The position numbers and the translations under genes are program-made. This document shows positions 25,642 to 51,400 of a stretch of 64,000 nucleotides of DNA, one piece after another. A model generated the notes under the pieces. The model saw only the letters and a list, made by a program, of their open reading frames with translations. It searched no databases and was not told where the DNA came from. Source of the stretch: Macrostomum lignano (Eukaryota); the NCBI GenBank assembly GCA_002269645.1, contig NIVC01000461.1, positions 62,001 through 126,000 of the forward strand, written 5' to 3'. The stretch's first letter is position 1. Every line of letters starts with the position of its first letter.

Positions 25642-27452
25642 AAATTTTGGCCTTGAGGAAGCTTTAGTTAATTAATATTGGCACTAATTTTATCATTACT
25701 ATATTTAAATCTAACAAAATATATGCTCTTCTGGTAAAAAAAATCTAGGGCCTACTGTACTGTTGTGCATGCCTTAGCAGCTTTTTGGTCAATTTTTTGT
25801 TCAGCATATTTAATATATTAAATAGGCAGCCTTGGGTAAAGCCTAGGCCCTATGTTGCAAAAAATCAACTAGGTTCTATATGAATTAGGTTTAAGCTACT
25901 TATGGCTTCTTAATACTAGCATCAAATAAGGCCAAAATGAATATATCATACAATTTTAAGCCTAGGCCTACAACAAATTTGTTCTCTCTTTGTATATTGG
26001 ATATGCCTAAATAACTTAAAATAAGTTGATAGCTCATTTAATGGTAGTATAAATGGGCCTTTAGGCAATTAGGTCTCAGCTAGGCCATTGGCCTTAGTCA
26101 ATGGTCTATCATTTAGAGCCTAGAGTCTAGACTAGACTAGAGATTTCCAGGTAGGCCTAGCCTAGACTAGGCTTAGACTAGAGTAGGCCTAGGCCTAACA
26201 TAGGCCTACACATAAGCAAGGGAGACAGTTCTGGGACTCTGGGTCGAATTAGCAATTAAATAAAGCAATATAAGCGATAAATGCTACGAGACAAAAAACA
26301 AAAAACAATGCTAAATAGGCTCAGGCCGCCTAGCTAGGTTTTTATAGTGTGAATAGTAGTTAGTATAGTAGGCTAGCCAGCAAGGTCTTCCCGCAGACCA
26401 AAGCCGCAGGCACAGCCTAGCATCACCCAATCCAAAATTGTAGAATCACACCCTGCTGAAATGTAGGCTGGAGCCTAGGCTTAGCATGCAATGCAGACTA
26501 GGCAAAATTACATCCTAACTCTTTCCCACCGTCTCTTAGGCGCAAATTTAGTTTTTTTCTGTATTGAAAGCCAACAATTATAGATTTTTTCAATAGGCAA
26601 TTCTTTCCGGTGTTTCTTTGAAGCAGAGATGATGATTAAATGCTTTATTAAATTGACCAATCATATTTATAGCTAAATAAAGCAAAAAAGCTTATAAAAA
26701 AATTAAAACACTAGACAACTTTTGCAGTCAATGACCTGCCGCTCGATTTTATTTGGTTTAAATAAGACTCAAATTACGACACCGCGACTTTGAATGGCAC
26801 TTTTTCGGAACTTCGTGACCAGGTTAATTTTACTTTGAAACTAGTAAGTCCGTTGTTAAAAGCATCACTAAGCACCATACAAGCATATTAGCGAGTTTCT
26901 CATAGAGAAATAATCAGAAATTCTTTCCAAATGGAAAAAGACTTCTTCAACTCTCCAGTAAACTATCAACAACAAAAGTCGTCCAAGAAGTCACGCGTCT
27001 CAAGCATTGAGAATTATCAATGCTGTAAAACTTGTTTTACGATCGGTTTTGGTTTGCGTACATTTTATATTCTGATTAGTAAATATATATAATGAAAAAC
27101 ATTTCCCTTCAACTTCCGGACGACAAGACTAGCCGATCACGAGCTTCCTTAACCGTCACCGTCACAATTTTTGCGACAATAACCCCACATATTTGGAGCT
27201 TACTGGTTACGTCAGTTTAATTAAAGAAACAACTAGCTATTATGACCTCTGAAGCTCTGTCGCCGTTGATCGAATTTAGTTTTTAACCGTACAAGCTTTG
27301 AAGGAACCGTACAAGTTCCAAGCCGCGGTTGTGTAGATGGAGGCCGGCTTTTGAGGCTTAGCTGTATTCATGGTTGCGAATTAGTATGGGTAAACATCCA
27401 CTGTGTAGAAAACTGTGTTGCTCGTTTGCCTTTATGGTTACATACAATAAGT

Positions 27453-27801
27453 GGGTCCATGAGAAATGCCCGCAGACGAATTGCCCGCCGAGATTTGCCC
27501 GCAGCTAGTGCATTTTGCCCGCCAAGATTTGCCCGCAGTGCATTTTGCCCGCGAGTGAATTGCTTGCGAGCGAATTGCCCGCCGAGTGGCCAAATGCGCT
27601 GTAGGAAAAAAGCATTGCGGCAGACCTCGGCGGGAAAATTAAACTCGGCGGGAAATTCGCTCGCGGGTAATTCACTCTCGCGGGAAAAATTCACTGCGGG
27701 CAATTCTCGGCTGGCAATTCTCGGCGGGCAATTCTCGGCGGGCAATTCTCGGCGGGAAATTCTCGGCGGGCAATTCGTCTGCGGGCATTTCTCGTGCTCC
27801 C
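27453..27801. mobile_element. MULE/foldback-like MITE, 349 bp
   Basis: TIR GGGTCCATGAGAAATGCCCGCAGACGAATTGCCCGCCGAGA vs TCTCGGCGGGCAATTCGTCTGCGGGCATTTCTCGTGCTCCC; exact 9-bp TSD ACAATAAGT (27444..27452 and 27802..27810); internal 14-bp repeats. Confidence 0.9.
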
Positions 27802-28792
27802 ACAATAAGTGTTCTATCATGGGAGCAGACTATTTCATCCCTCTTAGATACGGACGCATTATAAAATTTTTAGAAAACCTCGTTATATATAGAGATTTAT
27901 TATTAACGTATTAAAAATTTGCTGTCTTTAGGTGAAATCCTTATTATTATAGATAGTAGGAAATTACATGCTTTTGGCGAAGACTTTGTAGCTCTATTTG
28001 GTGGAAATAGGAGGATATATAATAATAGTTCAAGAATAGAGACAGGTTTATTTTACGCTCATATTTGGCTTACTAACTTCTGAATATATAGCTAAATGAC
28101 ATAACCACAGTATATGCTATGCAATACAAATTAAAGAACCTTCTTAACTAGAGTATGCAATATACACTGTTATTTTTCATATATTGGTCCAGAATCAATA
28201 ACTATAGCCATATAATACCGACGATTAAACATTAGATTAACATTCAAAGCGCCTTTTTATATTTTTCTATTGCTTATAATTTTCGTAATTATAGTGTGGG
28301 CTACAGACCTTCCTTTCCAATGCAACAAAATGTCTAGCTAATACCCATAGTCGCTTGAGAAAAGTGGAAGTAATTTAGCGTGCCCCGGGTCAGTGTGACT
28401 ATAGTCACTGGCATAAAGATCGTCACACCAACGGCGAACAAAAATGAGCCTCGCAACTCTCTCACACTCCCTGAGAGAACTGCCTGTAATTGGACGGCAA
28501 CTGTAGAGAATCATATTTCTTCTCTATATTAAAAATCCTGTCGGTCAAGCCCCGCATAAAAAGCAGTCAAAATCTGCTTTCGCCTCAGCGGAAGAAACAG
28601 TCGGACTCAAAGGGTTTCGTTTGCATCATCGTAGTGCAATCAAATTAGTTTTACCTTTCTCTAAGAAAGTGAGTAGTCTAGTCATTTTTTATATGAGATT
28701 GACGTTCATTTGAATATTAGGGCTATTTAGTTATCGTATTATAATCATTACGCCAGCTCGAATTGTAAATTTCAGTGGAGCATCAAGTGAAG

Positions 28793-41357
<12,565 letters not shown>

Positions 41358-42936
41358 GGTTCCGAGTTTTAACCCATCCGTGCAAAAGCAAGGTCAAACA
41401 GTTCTCTAAAAGCAAATTTTCCTCTCATTTCCGATATTCATCAGCAAACTTAAACAAAGCACGAATATATTTTAGATTAAAACGTTTAGCACAATTTTTA
41501 CTAAATAAAATCTCCCGCTATATTGCCTTAACATGCTGGCTCAGGCCCCTAACAGACTATGCACCATTGCCATGCCTTATTGATAGCAGTATCATTATAA
41601 CCATCTATATTAATGAAAGACAATTTTACATAGGCACGCTTGTTTCCTTAAAGCTTTTAACAGTACGTGAAAGTGACCAAATAGCGTTATATTTTTTATA
41701 ACGATTCAAGCCAATGCACCTCTTTAGCCTTGTGCTTCACAAAAATTTAAGATGCTGAATATGCCTCATTGTTTCGTTTAGAATAAATGGGGTTTAGAAT
41801 CACCTTTGCCAAAAATACATGATTAATAGTTTAAAGCTCAACTCTGCGCACTTTGCTAGCGAAAACAAATCATTGTTGACAAATAAATAAACCAACAGTG
41901 AAAAGTAATTTTTAAATGCTTTCGTTTCTTGAAAAAAATACACAAGAATGATTTTGCAGAAGTGAATTGATTAGATTTTATTTTGTGCTAGAATGCATTG
42001 ACAAATTTAGGCGCTGGTGAAGCGTTAAGCAGTGAATATTCCAACTTGGTACATAGGCCAAGAAGCGTGAGAGAGTCGTTTTAGAGCAGTTGCAGATAAC
42101 ACAGCTAAAAAGAAGTGACTCTAGCCGACTCTAAAAACGAGATGTCGCGGTACAAGTCGTCAAAGAATCGCCTAAGAGTCGCCTAAGAGTCTGGGGCCGT
42201 AGAGTCGTACCTGAGACCTGCTAGTCGCTGTAGAATCACTTGAGTTGCGTCTAAAGTGCATCAGCACCATTTTATGAATTAGAATTGCATTTCGTATTTA
42301 TAACAACTCTAAGTCTACTTGAGTTAGTAGACAGTTAAGCGCTAGCACAGACCCTTGGATGACTTTTTCGCAACCTTTTTACGATTCTGTCACTCACGTG
42401 GTGCGCTCGTGACTCAACAGTCGCATCAGATCGTCCAGAGCTTTTAATAGCTATTAATAGCTCTTAAAATAACATTAGAGAAAGAAGAATGTTGATTAGT
42501 TCAACAGGCGATAGCCACGAATCAAGGCGACTACGGAACCGCAGGTCAATTTTCGTTGACGAGAGCCCAAAGGTAAACTCAGTCTTACAAACTTTTAAGA
42601 AAAGTTGCATAAAATTGAAGTGTTCCGCCTCTTATGATTGCAGCCACTGGTACTAACAATTAGATGGCCATATGCTTAGAAAACAGTTTTCTACTTCCAG
42701 TTCAGTAGCATGAAAGAATACATAAGCTATTTTATAAAAAGAAAGACAGTTAGAATGACACGTGGGCCAGAGATTTGTGTGGAAAGACGCGGTCGAATGA
42801 GTTAGGCCATGGGTAAGAAGGGTGACACACGAGTGCTGTCCTAAAATACATTAAAATGCGTCTAATTGACTTACTACTGAACCGAAAGTAGCTTATGCGC
42901 AAATGCGCTGAGTGGCCCATTGATCTGTGATTGCAA

Positions 42937-45047
42937 CTAAGCATTGAATATAGTTGGATCAAGCAGTTCCAAGGACTCGACAATCCTGCTAATCAATTCG
43001 TCTGGTTGCCAGGCGGACTCAGGATCCAACAGGCTTGAGCTGGATGATTCGGAACACACGCTGATTGGATGGTTGAGGGTGACAGCCAAGTCGCAACTGT
43101 GCTCAGCCAGTCTGTGCAGTAGAATGTGCATCTGGGTGAGTGAGGTCGATAATTGTTTTTGCAAGTAGATACTCGATGCAAGTTGGTTGCTATGGCGTAG
43201 TAAAGTTTCCATGAGCTGGTGCCATTCAATCTAGGAGCTAACAGTACTAATATGTTCGATAAGGTCGGTACTAAAAATAACTAGATGTTTGCCCTTAGAT
43301 GGTTGGTGCTTAATGAGCTGGTAGGTTCCCCGATGTGCTCAATGAGCTGGTAGGTTCCCCAATGTCTTGATTAGCTGGTAGGTTCCCCGATTAGGTTCCC
43401 CAATGTCTTGATTAGCTGGTAGGTTCCCCGATTAGGTTCCCCGATGTGCTCAATGAGCTGGTAGGTTCCCCAATGTCTTGATTAGCTGGTAGGTTCCCCG
43501 ATTAGGTTCCCCAATGTCTTGATTAGCTGGTAGGTTCCCCGATTAGGTTCCCCGATGTGCTCAATGAGCTGGTAGGTTCCCCAATGTCTTGATTAGCTGG
43601 TAGGTTCCCCGATGTGCTCAATGAGCTGGTAGGTTCCCCGATGTGCTCAATGAGCTGGTAGGTTCCCCAATGTCTTGATTAGCTGGTAGGTTCCCCGATG
43701 TGCTCAATGAGCTGGTAGGTTCCCCGATGTGCTCAATGAGCTGGTAGGTTCCCCAATGTCTTGATTAGCTGGTAGGTTCCCCGATGTGCTCAATGAGCTG
43801 GTAGGTTCCCCAATGTCTTGATTAGCTGGTAGGTTCCCCGATGTGCTCAATGAGCTGGTAGGTTCCCCGATGTGCTCAATGAGCTGGTAGGTTCCCCGAT
43901 GTGCTCAATGAGCTGGTAGGTTCCCCGATGTGCTCAATGAGCTGGTAGGTTCCCCGATGTTCTCAATGAGCTGGTAGGTTCCCCGATGTGCTCAATGAGC
44001 TGGTAGGTTCCCCGATGTGCTCAATGAGCTGGTAGGTTCCCCGATGTTCTCAATGAGCTGGTAGGTTCCCCGATGTGCTCAATGAGCTGGTAGGTTCCCC
44101 GATGTGCTCAATGAGCTGGTAGGTTCCCCGATGTGCTCAATGAGCTGGTAGGTTCCCCGATGTGCTCAATGAGCTGGTAGGTTCCCCGATGTGCTCAATG
44201 AGCTGGTAGGTTCCCCGATGTTCTCAATGAGCTGGTAGGTTCCCCAATGTTCTCAATGAGCTGGTAGGTTCCCCGATGTTCTCAATGAGCTGGTAGGTTC
44301 CCCAATGTTCTCAATGAGCTGGTAGGTTCCCCAATGTTCTCAATGAGCTGGTAGGTTCCCCAATGTTCTTAATGAGCTGGTAGGTTCCCCAATGTTCTCA
44401 ATGAGCTGGTAGGTTCCCCAATGTTCTTAATGAGCTGGTAGGTTCCCCAATGTTCTTAATGAGCTGGTAGGTTCCCCAATGTTCTTAATGAGCTGGTAGG
44501 TTCCCCGATGTGCTCAATGAGCTGGTAGGTTCCCCGATGTGCTCAATGAGCTGGTAGGTTCCCCGATGTGCTCAATGAGCTGGTAGGTTCCCCAATGTCT
44601 TGATTAGCTGGTAGGTTGTTAAAAGTGGCTGGTGCATAATGGGGTGATGTGTGCTTATTATTGGTGAAACTATCTCACCTGTACAAGATTGCGAGCCGAT
44701 TCGTTATACTTGGCCACGAGCTGCTCGCCAATCAGGTAGGCAAACTGCCTGAGAGGCCAGGCCTCGTTAGACAGCAACCGGCATTCAACAATCCGGCTGC
44801 TCGCCGAACCACCGTTCGCATCGGCCAGGTCGGTGAAGAACTCTCGCGCCGCTGACTCGACGCTGTCCGACCCGGCTAGAGGCTCCAACAGCTCTAGCAT
44901 GACACTCTGATCGTGTCGCGGATGCAGGTACACCTCCTGATTGTCGGGCACCTGTCGCAGTTCGCTGGCGTCAATGCAGTTGCTAGGCAGCTGGACAGCA
45001 AAGGCGCCGCCCCACAGCAGGCGACGCTCTGATTGGCTAGAAGGCAT
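42937..45047 (-). CDS. RANGRF: Ran guanine nucleotide release factor MOG1, 187 aa; exons 44679..45047 and 42937..43131
   Basis: Motifs LWGGAF, LRQVPDNQEVY and DQSVMLELLE; junction GTACAG|gtgaga...cacccag|ATGCAC is phase 0; length matches the Mog1 family. Confidence 0.92.
43305..44615. repeat. 28-29-bp minisatellite (GAGCTGGTAGGTTCCCCGATGTGCTCAAT) filling the MOG1 intron
   Basis: Tandem units with variant blocks. Confidence 0.97.
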
Positions 45048-46164
45048 TTCGTATGCACTTTGCCTTTGCCCGAGCTTATTAAAAGCATGAAAGAAACATT
45101 AGCAAACAGTTCCAAAGCTAGGCAGCTTGACCTAGTAAGACACACACACACAAACACAGGGTGTACAGCAGCCCTGGCTTGCTAATGGTCAGGCATGTAC
45201 ACTCTCTGTGCCTTAGGGATTGGCTCTCATGACTGTTGATCGCGCCACATCCCCCAGCCAAGTTTTGTGCACAAGCCCCAAATGAGTGCGGCTGCACACA
45301 GATCATAGCATCACTCTTAAGACTTCTTTTGTATAATTCCCCAACTCCCTTTTGGTTATACTATAAATATATCTTACAGTCTAGTCGAATAAGTAACTTG
45401 ACTCAATTTTTAAGGTTATTTTCTACTGAGTAATACAAGCTACCATTGACCTTTTTGAACAAAGTCTAGTTAAAGTTCATAGTTTAATAGAAAGGGTCTT
45501 TGTTTCAATTGAATTTCTACAAGTGCTAAGATTTCTTACAGTGTTTGAATTGAATTTATGCTTGTTTTTTAATAAGACTTTGTTTAAAATAGGAGATAAA
45601 ATGTTATATTTGCAAGTTGAACAAATTTTAAAATATAATGCTCAAATATCATTGATTTTGAGACAAAATTATCTACTATAGGGCCTATATAGCCATTGCC
45701 TTATAACAGTTTGGAAAGCAATATGTATGCTAGGATTTCTTGGCATACAAGGGTCTTACCATTTATCAGCATACATCAGGATCTATCCCAATGTACATGA
45801 CAGCAGATACATTGTGTCAAATGACATTTTTTTGCATTGGCACACAAAGCCAAATTATTTTAAATTTAAATAAAGCTTTGGTTTAAGTTTTTTATATAGC
45901 TCTATACTTTTTGCCCTTGGATTTAAGTCCCATATACAATTTGTATTTGCATACAACATATAGACTTCATTAAGATAAGTGTGAATTTTTGTCTTTCTTT
46001 TAATAATCCTAGGTAGTCTTATACAAAGCTCTAGTAGATAAATTTGAAAACTAAAAATATAGCCACTTTGATTTTTTTGTAGAAAAATATCTTTGTATGT
46101 AATGTCTATAAAGTCTATTGACCTTCTAATGCATTAGCAGTTTAAAAAAATAACTAGTCATTAA

Positions 46165-46878
46165 GAGTGCTGACCAATTTGGCGACAAACTAATTTGGCA
46201 GCAGAGATTGACAATGGACCAATTTGGCAAAAGCAAATTCAATGACAATCTAGGCAAATTTGGCGAAAATTAATTAATGGAAAATATTATGTATAATTTG
46301 GATAATTTCTTTAGTACAATGGTATTCTTCAATGCATATTAGCTTTCCCTTTTAATTGAGTTTGGTTTATCTATCATTTATCCTTGTGAGTTTTGAAAAT
46401 CCTTTCCAAGAAATGTTCGTTAATTTAAGGTTAGGCTGTGTGGGCCTCATAATAAGCAAAGACCTTTGAGCCTTAGAAAAAACAAGGAAAATGATTTTCT
46501 TGTATGCCTAATAAGGTTACAATGTTGGGGAAAGGGATTTGCAAAAATATGCCATGCAAAGAAAAATGACAAAATTAAAAAATGTCAAGTGGTCCCCATG
46601 TACCATGTATATGTACCATATTCTCAAATATGCAAGATGTCCAATTTAACAACACACTTTTTGGTTAGGCCTATTTTAACACACTTAATGTGGCAATTTT
46701 TTATATTTTTAAACTTTCACAAGTATTTTAGGAAACCCTTTATTACATGTAATTTGTTTTAACTTGTCTTTTAAACAAGTCAAATAACTTGTCTTTTATG
46801 TTGCCAAATTTGTTTTTGCTGAATTTGTGTGTTAAATTTCTGTCTCTGAATTTGTTTGTTGCCAAATTTGTGTACATC
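46165..46878. mobile_element. Degenerate MULE/foldback-like element, 714 bp
   Basis: Repeated AATTTGGC(A/G) at the left end and inverted TGCCAAATTT at the right end; imperfect 9-bp TSD AGTCATTAA / TGTCATTTA (7 of 9). Confidence 0.55.
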
Positions 46879-48489
46879 TGTCATTTAGACCTTATATATT
46901 CACAATTAAAAAAACAATTAGGTGCAAGACTTCTCTATCTTTCCAAGTTGACAAAATGGCAATTGACAAAATGAATGGGCCTAGGATCCAAAAATTTATT
47001 TTGGCTAAAAATAATTGGCTAGTAGTTATACCTATAATCTATATGATCATTAAACTAATACATATTAGACCAAGGTTAACTAGCTTGCTAATCAAAAATA
47101 GACAAATAGGCCTATTAATAGGTCTATTTATTTTAGTAAAAAATATTACTAAGGGCAAGGCAAGGCCTTAATTAATATAATAATTTAGTGGAGTTTTATA
47201 AAAAAATCCATCATAGCCAAAGAAGGCTCAGATATTATGAAAGATCATTCCAAGAGGCTTTTTAAAAAGCCAGATGGTTCAGATAAGATCAAAGTATCTG
47301 TATATATCTTATTATTTTATATCAGAGCAGCTACACAAAGACTGACTGCAACTGGCTCAATAACCTGCAAGGCTGTTAACAGCCTGAGGGAGCCTATAAG
47401 CAGAGAATCCAACCAGAAAAAAACTGGTGGAAGTGTAGCACTGATTCATCATGATCAACTTAAAGCATTTTATTAAGCTCTATGCTCAGGCCTACACGCA
47501 GCTAGCCCTGGCCTAGGGTCTAATTTAGACCTAATTTTATAGGCCTAACAATTATAAAAAGTACAAACATATAACAAAAGACGAGAAAAGTGGCCATGTG
47601 TCTATTGCCATAGGCCTATTCGATATTGTCATTGCCATCTAGACCCTCTAGCTGCGCGAACACTTGCTAGGGGCCTACCTTTTGTGGAACCTACCAATTT
47701 AGCCCAAATATTAGGATTAGAACTAAAGTTACTAACAAAAATTATAGCAAAAGCTATAAAATCTTGTTAAGCTTGGCAAATCGATGGAGATGTTGCAGTA
47801 ATAAACTATCAATAACTAAAAAATAAATTAGACTATAGAGAGAGCCCTTTTTAATTTCGAAGAAATCATTTTGCATTCATTCATTTCAACAAAAAACTGC
47901 ATTTTAGCCTTTAACAGCTGTGATCTGACTAACTGAGATTATCCCTTATCCTAAAATTTTAGATATACTATGCAATGTGTGAGTACCACAAGTCGATAGA
48001 AAAGTAGAAGTCGCACAAAATATGATGGTAATTTTCACACCTTTTAACTGTAGCAGAAACAGAGGCAAGGATGTCCATCGAATTTAACTTTGAGCCTTTA
48101 CCGCCCAATCACGCGCTTTCACAGCTCACCATGCTTGCAAGGCACACTCTAAGGCATAAACAGTTACAGTTCGTACCATGATTCAGCATTTATTGGACTC
48201 ACTGCATGGAGTTACTAGGGGATGCAATTCAACTGATATAAATTACGAATATAAGTACCGAGCGAAAAGATAATATATGAGTATTAATACATTGTGATCC
48301 GATTACTTTGCTTTACTCAACCCCGCCACGAGTGGCACCATTTTAAATTACGAAAATAGGGTGTACACACCACCCCCTCACGAAAAAACAATGTCCCGAT
48401 TGCGCTGAAAATTGACACATTCGAAGAGATTGACTTTATAAGATGAAAAAATGCTCCGTGGCAGCGGAGCATCAAAAGTGCAGGGTGCG

Positions 48490-51400
48490 GTGGAACCTAA
48501 TTTCTACTAGGCCGTAGCACTGAGGATGGTAGCCGGATGTCCGCGTCTTCTGAATCTCCAGCAGCCGGCACAGCTAGGCTCCTGATGAGCCCTGATGAGT
48601 TACCCAGTTGTCGAACTGGGCCTTGGCGTTGGTGTAGCCGCTTTTTCTTGTCGGGAATTGGCACCAGTTCGACCCAGTTGGTGAAGTTGTCGACAATGGT
48701 GAGCAGCCGATCGTTGCCCCGCCGTGACAGTCCGTCCTACCTTGACCGTGTCGATGCCCACGCGCTGCATAGGGAATCCACTCTGCAGCGAAGCTCGGCG
48801 CTGACTCGGTGTCTTGGCGCGCTGGAAAGCAGGCGAAACCGTACCGGGCCGATGTCTGGATCGGAGCTGCAGTTCACACAGTGACTGAGGCACATCGGAA
48901 GCGCCTCGCCCTCCAGAACGGCCTCGTCGCTGATTTCGTCGTCGCCGCGGTTGTAGCTACTGCTTCCGTCTTGAAGCACCCTGTCGTTCTGGCCCGGCGT
49001 TGGTCTGGGCAGCCGCAGAGGTAGCAGGCGCTGATTTTGCTGCGTTTGCTTGCACGGAGTTGAATTCGGCTGCGTCGATCCGGTCGGCAGCCGCCGCAGT
49101 TGGCACCGGCGCCTTGACAATCGGTTCTGTCTGACAGGCGGCTGTTGAAGTCTCGACTGCCGCCACCGCAGTCGTCCCTGGCCGACAGACTCGACCCTGG
49201 CTGGTGCACTTTTGCTCTCGTCGAGAGAGGGCATCTGCGGTGCCGTGTTGGCGGCCTCGGCGGAAGACGACCTCGAAGTTGAACTCATCGAGCAGCTGCA
49301 GCCATCGGGCCGCAGCTGGCGTAGGCGACGCGGCGCTGCTTTTCGACCCGCTCTTCGCCCGCCTGCACTTGCGAGAGCACCGCGCTGATTGCGTAGTCAA
49401 TCGCGTCGGTGTCCAAGATAAATTCGGAGCCCGACTCGCTCTGTCGGTGAACGCCAGGATCGGAGCCAACAGCAGTGCTTGCTGCTTCAGCTGGTTGGGG
49501 TCGATGAAATTTGCTTGCGAGAAGTTTGCTTGCCGAAGTTTGCTTGCGAGACTTTTGCTTGCGGAAATTTGCTTTCCGAAGTCTGCTTGCCGAACTTTGC
49601 TTGCCGAGCTTTGCTTGCCGAACTTTGCTTGCCGAGCTTTGCTTGCCGAGCTTTGCTAGCCGAACTTTGCTTGCCGAGCTTTGCTTGCCGAACTTTGCTT
49701 GCCGAACTTTGCTTGCCGAACTTTGCTTGCCGAGCTTTGCTTGCCGAGCTTTGCTTGCCGAACTTTGCTTGCCGAACTTTGCTTGCAGGGAATTTGCTTG
49801 CCGAGGTTTGCCAGGCAAAGTTTTCTTGCGGAATCTTAAAGAACCTATTTTTGAGCTCTTGTATTTCTAATTTTCATTTTTTTAAGATTCGTGGAAGTCG
49901 CCTATAGTGTTATGATTTTAGCCCTAACGCAGAAACTTTCGAAACTCCACGAAACTTTCGGTTCTATTTAACTTTTGTTCCTCGGTGACAAGTACACGGC
50001 ACTAGTACTCGTGCAAATCCGCTAGTCCAAGTGCGTTTACAGTTTATATACTGATTTATTATTAGCACATGCATTTTTATACATTAGCATCACTACAATT
50101 ATCATACCTGCTCAATCGTGCTGAAATCAGGAACTACAGATTTATACTGTTACCGATCCCTATCTACCTATACTAAATCCCTAATCATTCTATATACTAA
50201 ATTCTTAGAATGAAACTCTATAAGCCTAGTGTGAAAGCTCAGTGTCAAGTCAGTTTACGTCGACGCTGATAAGAATCCACTTGCAAAGCAAAGCATCTGT
50301 AGACTGTAGTAAGTAATAATTGACTGACCAACTTCACAAGCAATCAAAACAAGCAAGCAAACAAGAAAATAATTCGGCAAGTTAAAACCTTGCAATTGTG
50401 ATTGCGAATTTCTAGGAGGCAGACATCAAAATTCCGCAAGCAATGTTCGGCAAGCAAAATTCCTGCAAGCAAAGTTCGGCAAGCAAAGTTCCTGCAAGCA
50501 AAGTTCGGCAAGCAAAGTTCCTGCAAGCAAGGTTCGGCAAGCAAAATTCCGCAAGCAAAGTTCGGCAAGCAAAGTTCGGCAAGCAAAGTTCGGCAAGCAA
50601 AGTTCGGCAAGCAAAGTTCGGCAAGCAAAGTTCGGCAAGCAAAATTCGGCAAGCAAAATTACTGCAAGCAAATTTCCTGCAAGCAAAGTTTGGCAAGCAA
50701 AGCTCGGCAAGCAAAATTCGGCAAGCAAAGTTCGGCAAGCAAAGTTCAGCAAGCAAAATTCGGCAAGCAAAATTCGGCAAGCAAAGTTCGGCAAGCAAAG
50801 TTCAGCAAGCAAAGTTCGGCAAGCAAAGTTCGGCAAGCAAAGTTCAGCAAGCAAAGTTCGGCAAGCAAAGTTCGGCAAGCAAAATTACTGCAAGCAAATT
50901 TCCTGCAAGCAAAATTACTGCAAGCAAATTTTCTGCAAGCAATGTTCGGCAAGCAAAATTCGGCAAGCAAAGTTCGGCAAGCAAAGCTCGGCAAGCAAAG
51001 TTCCTGCAAGCAAAGTTCGGCAAGCAAAGTTCGGCAAGCAAAGTTCGGCAAGCAAAGTTCGGCAAGCAAAGTTCGGCAAGCAAAGTTCGGCAAGCAAAGT
51101 TCGGCAAGCAAAATTCGGCAAGCAAAATTACTGCAAGCAAATTTCCTGCAAGCAAAGTTTGGCAAGCAAAGCTCGGCAAGCAAAATTCGGCAAGCAAAGT
51201 TCGGCAAGCAAAGTTCAGCAAGCAAAATTCGGCAAGCAAAATTCGGCAAGCAAAGTTCGGCAAGCAAAGTTCAGCAAGCAAAGTTCGGCAAGCAAAGTTC
51301 GGCAAGCAAAGTTCAGCAAGCAAAGTTCGGCAAGCAAAGTTCGGCAAGCAAAATTACTGCAAGCAAATTTCCTGCAAGCAAAATTACTGCAAGCAAATTT

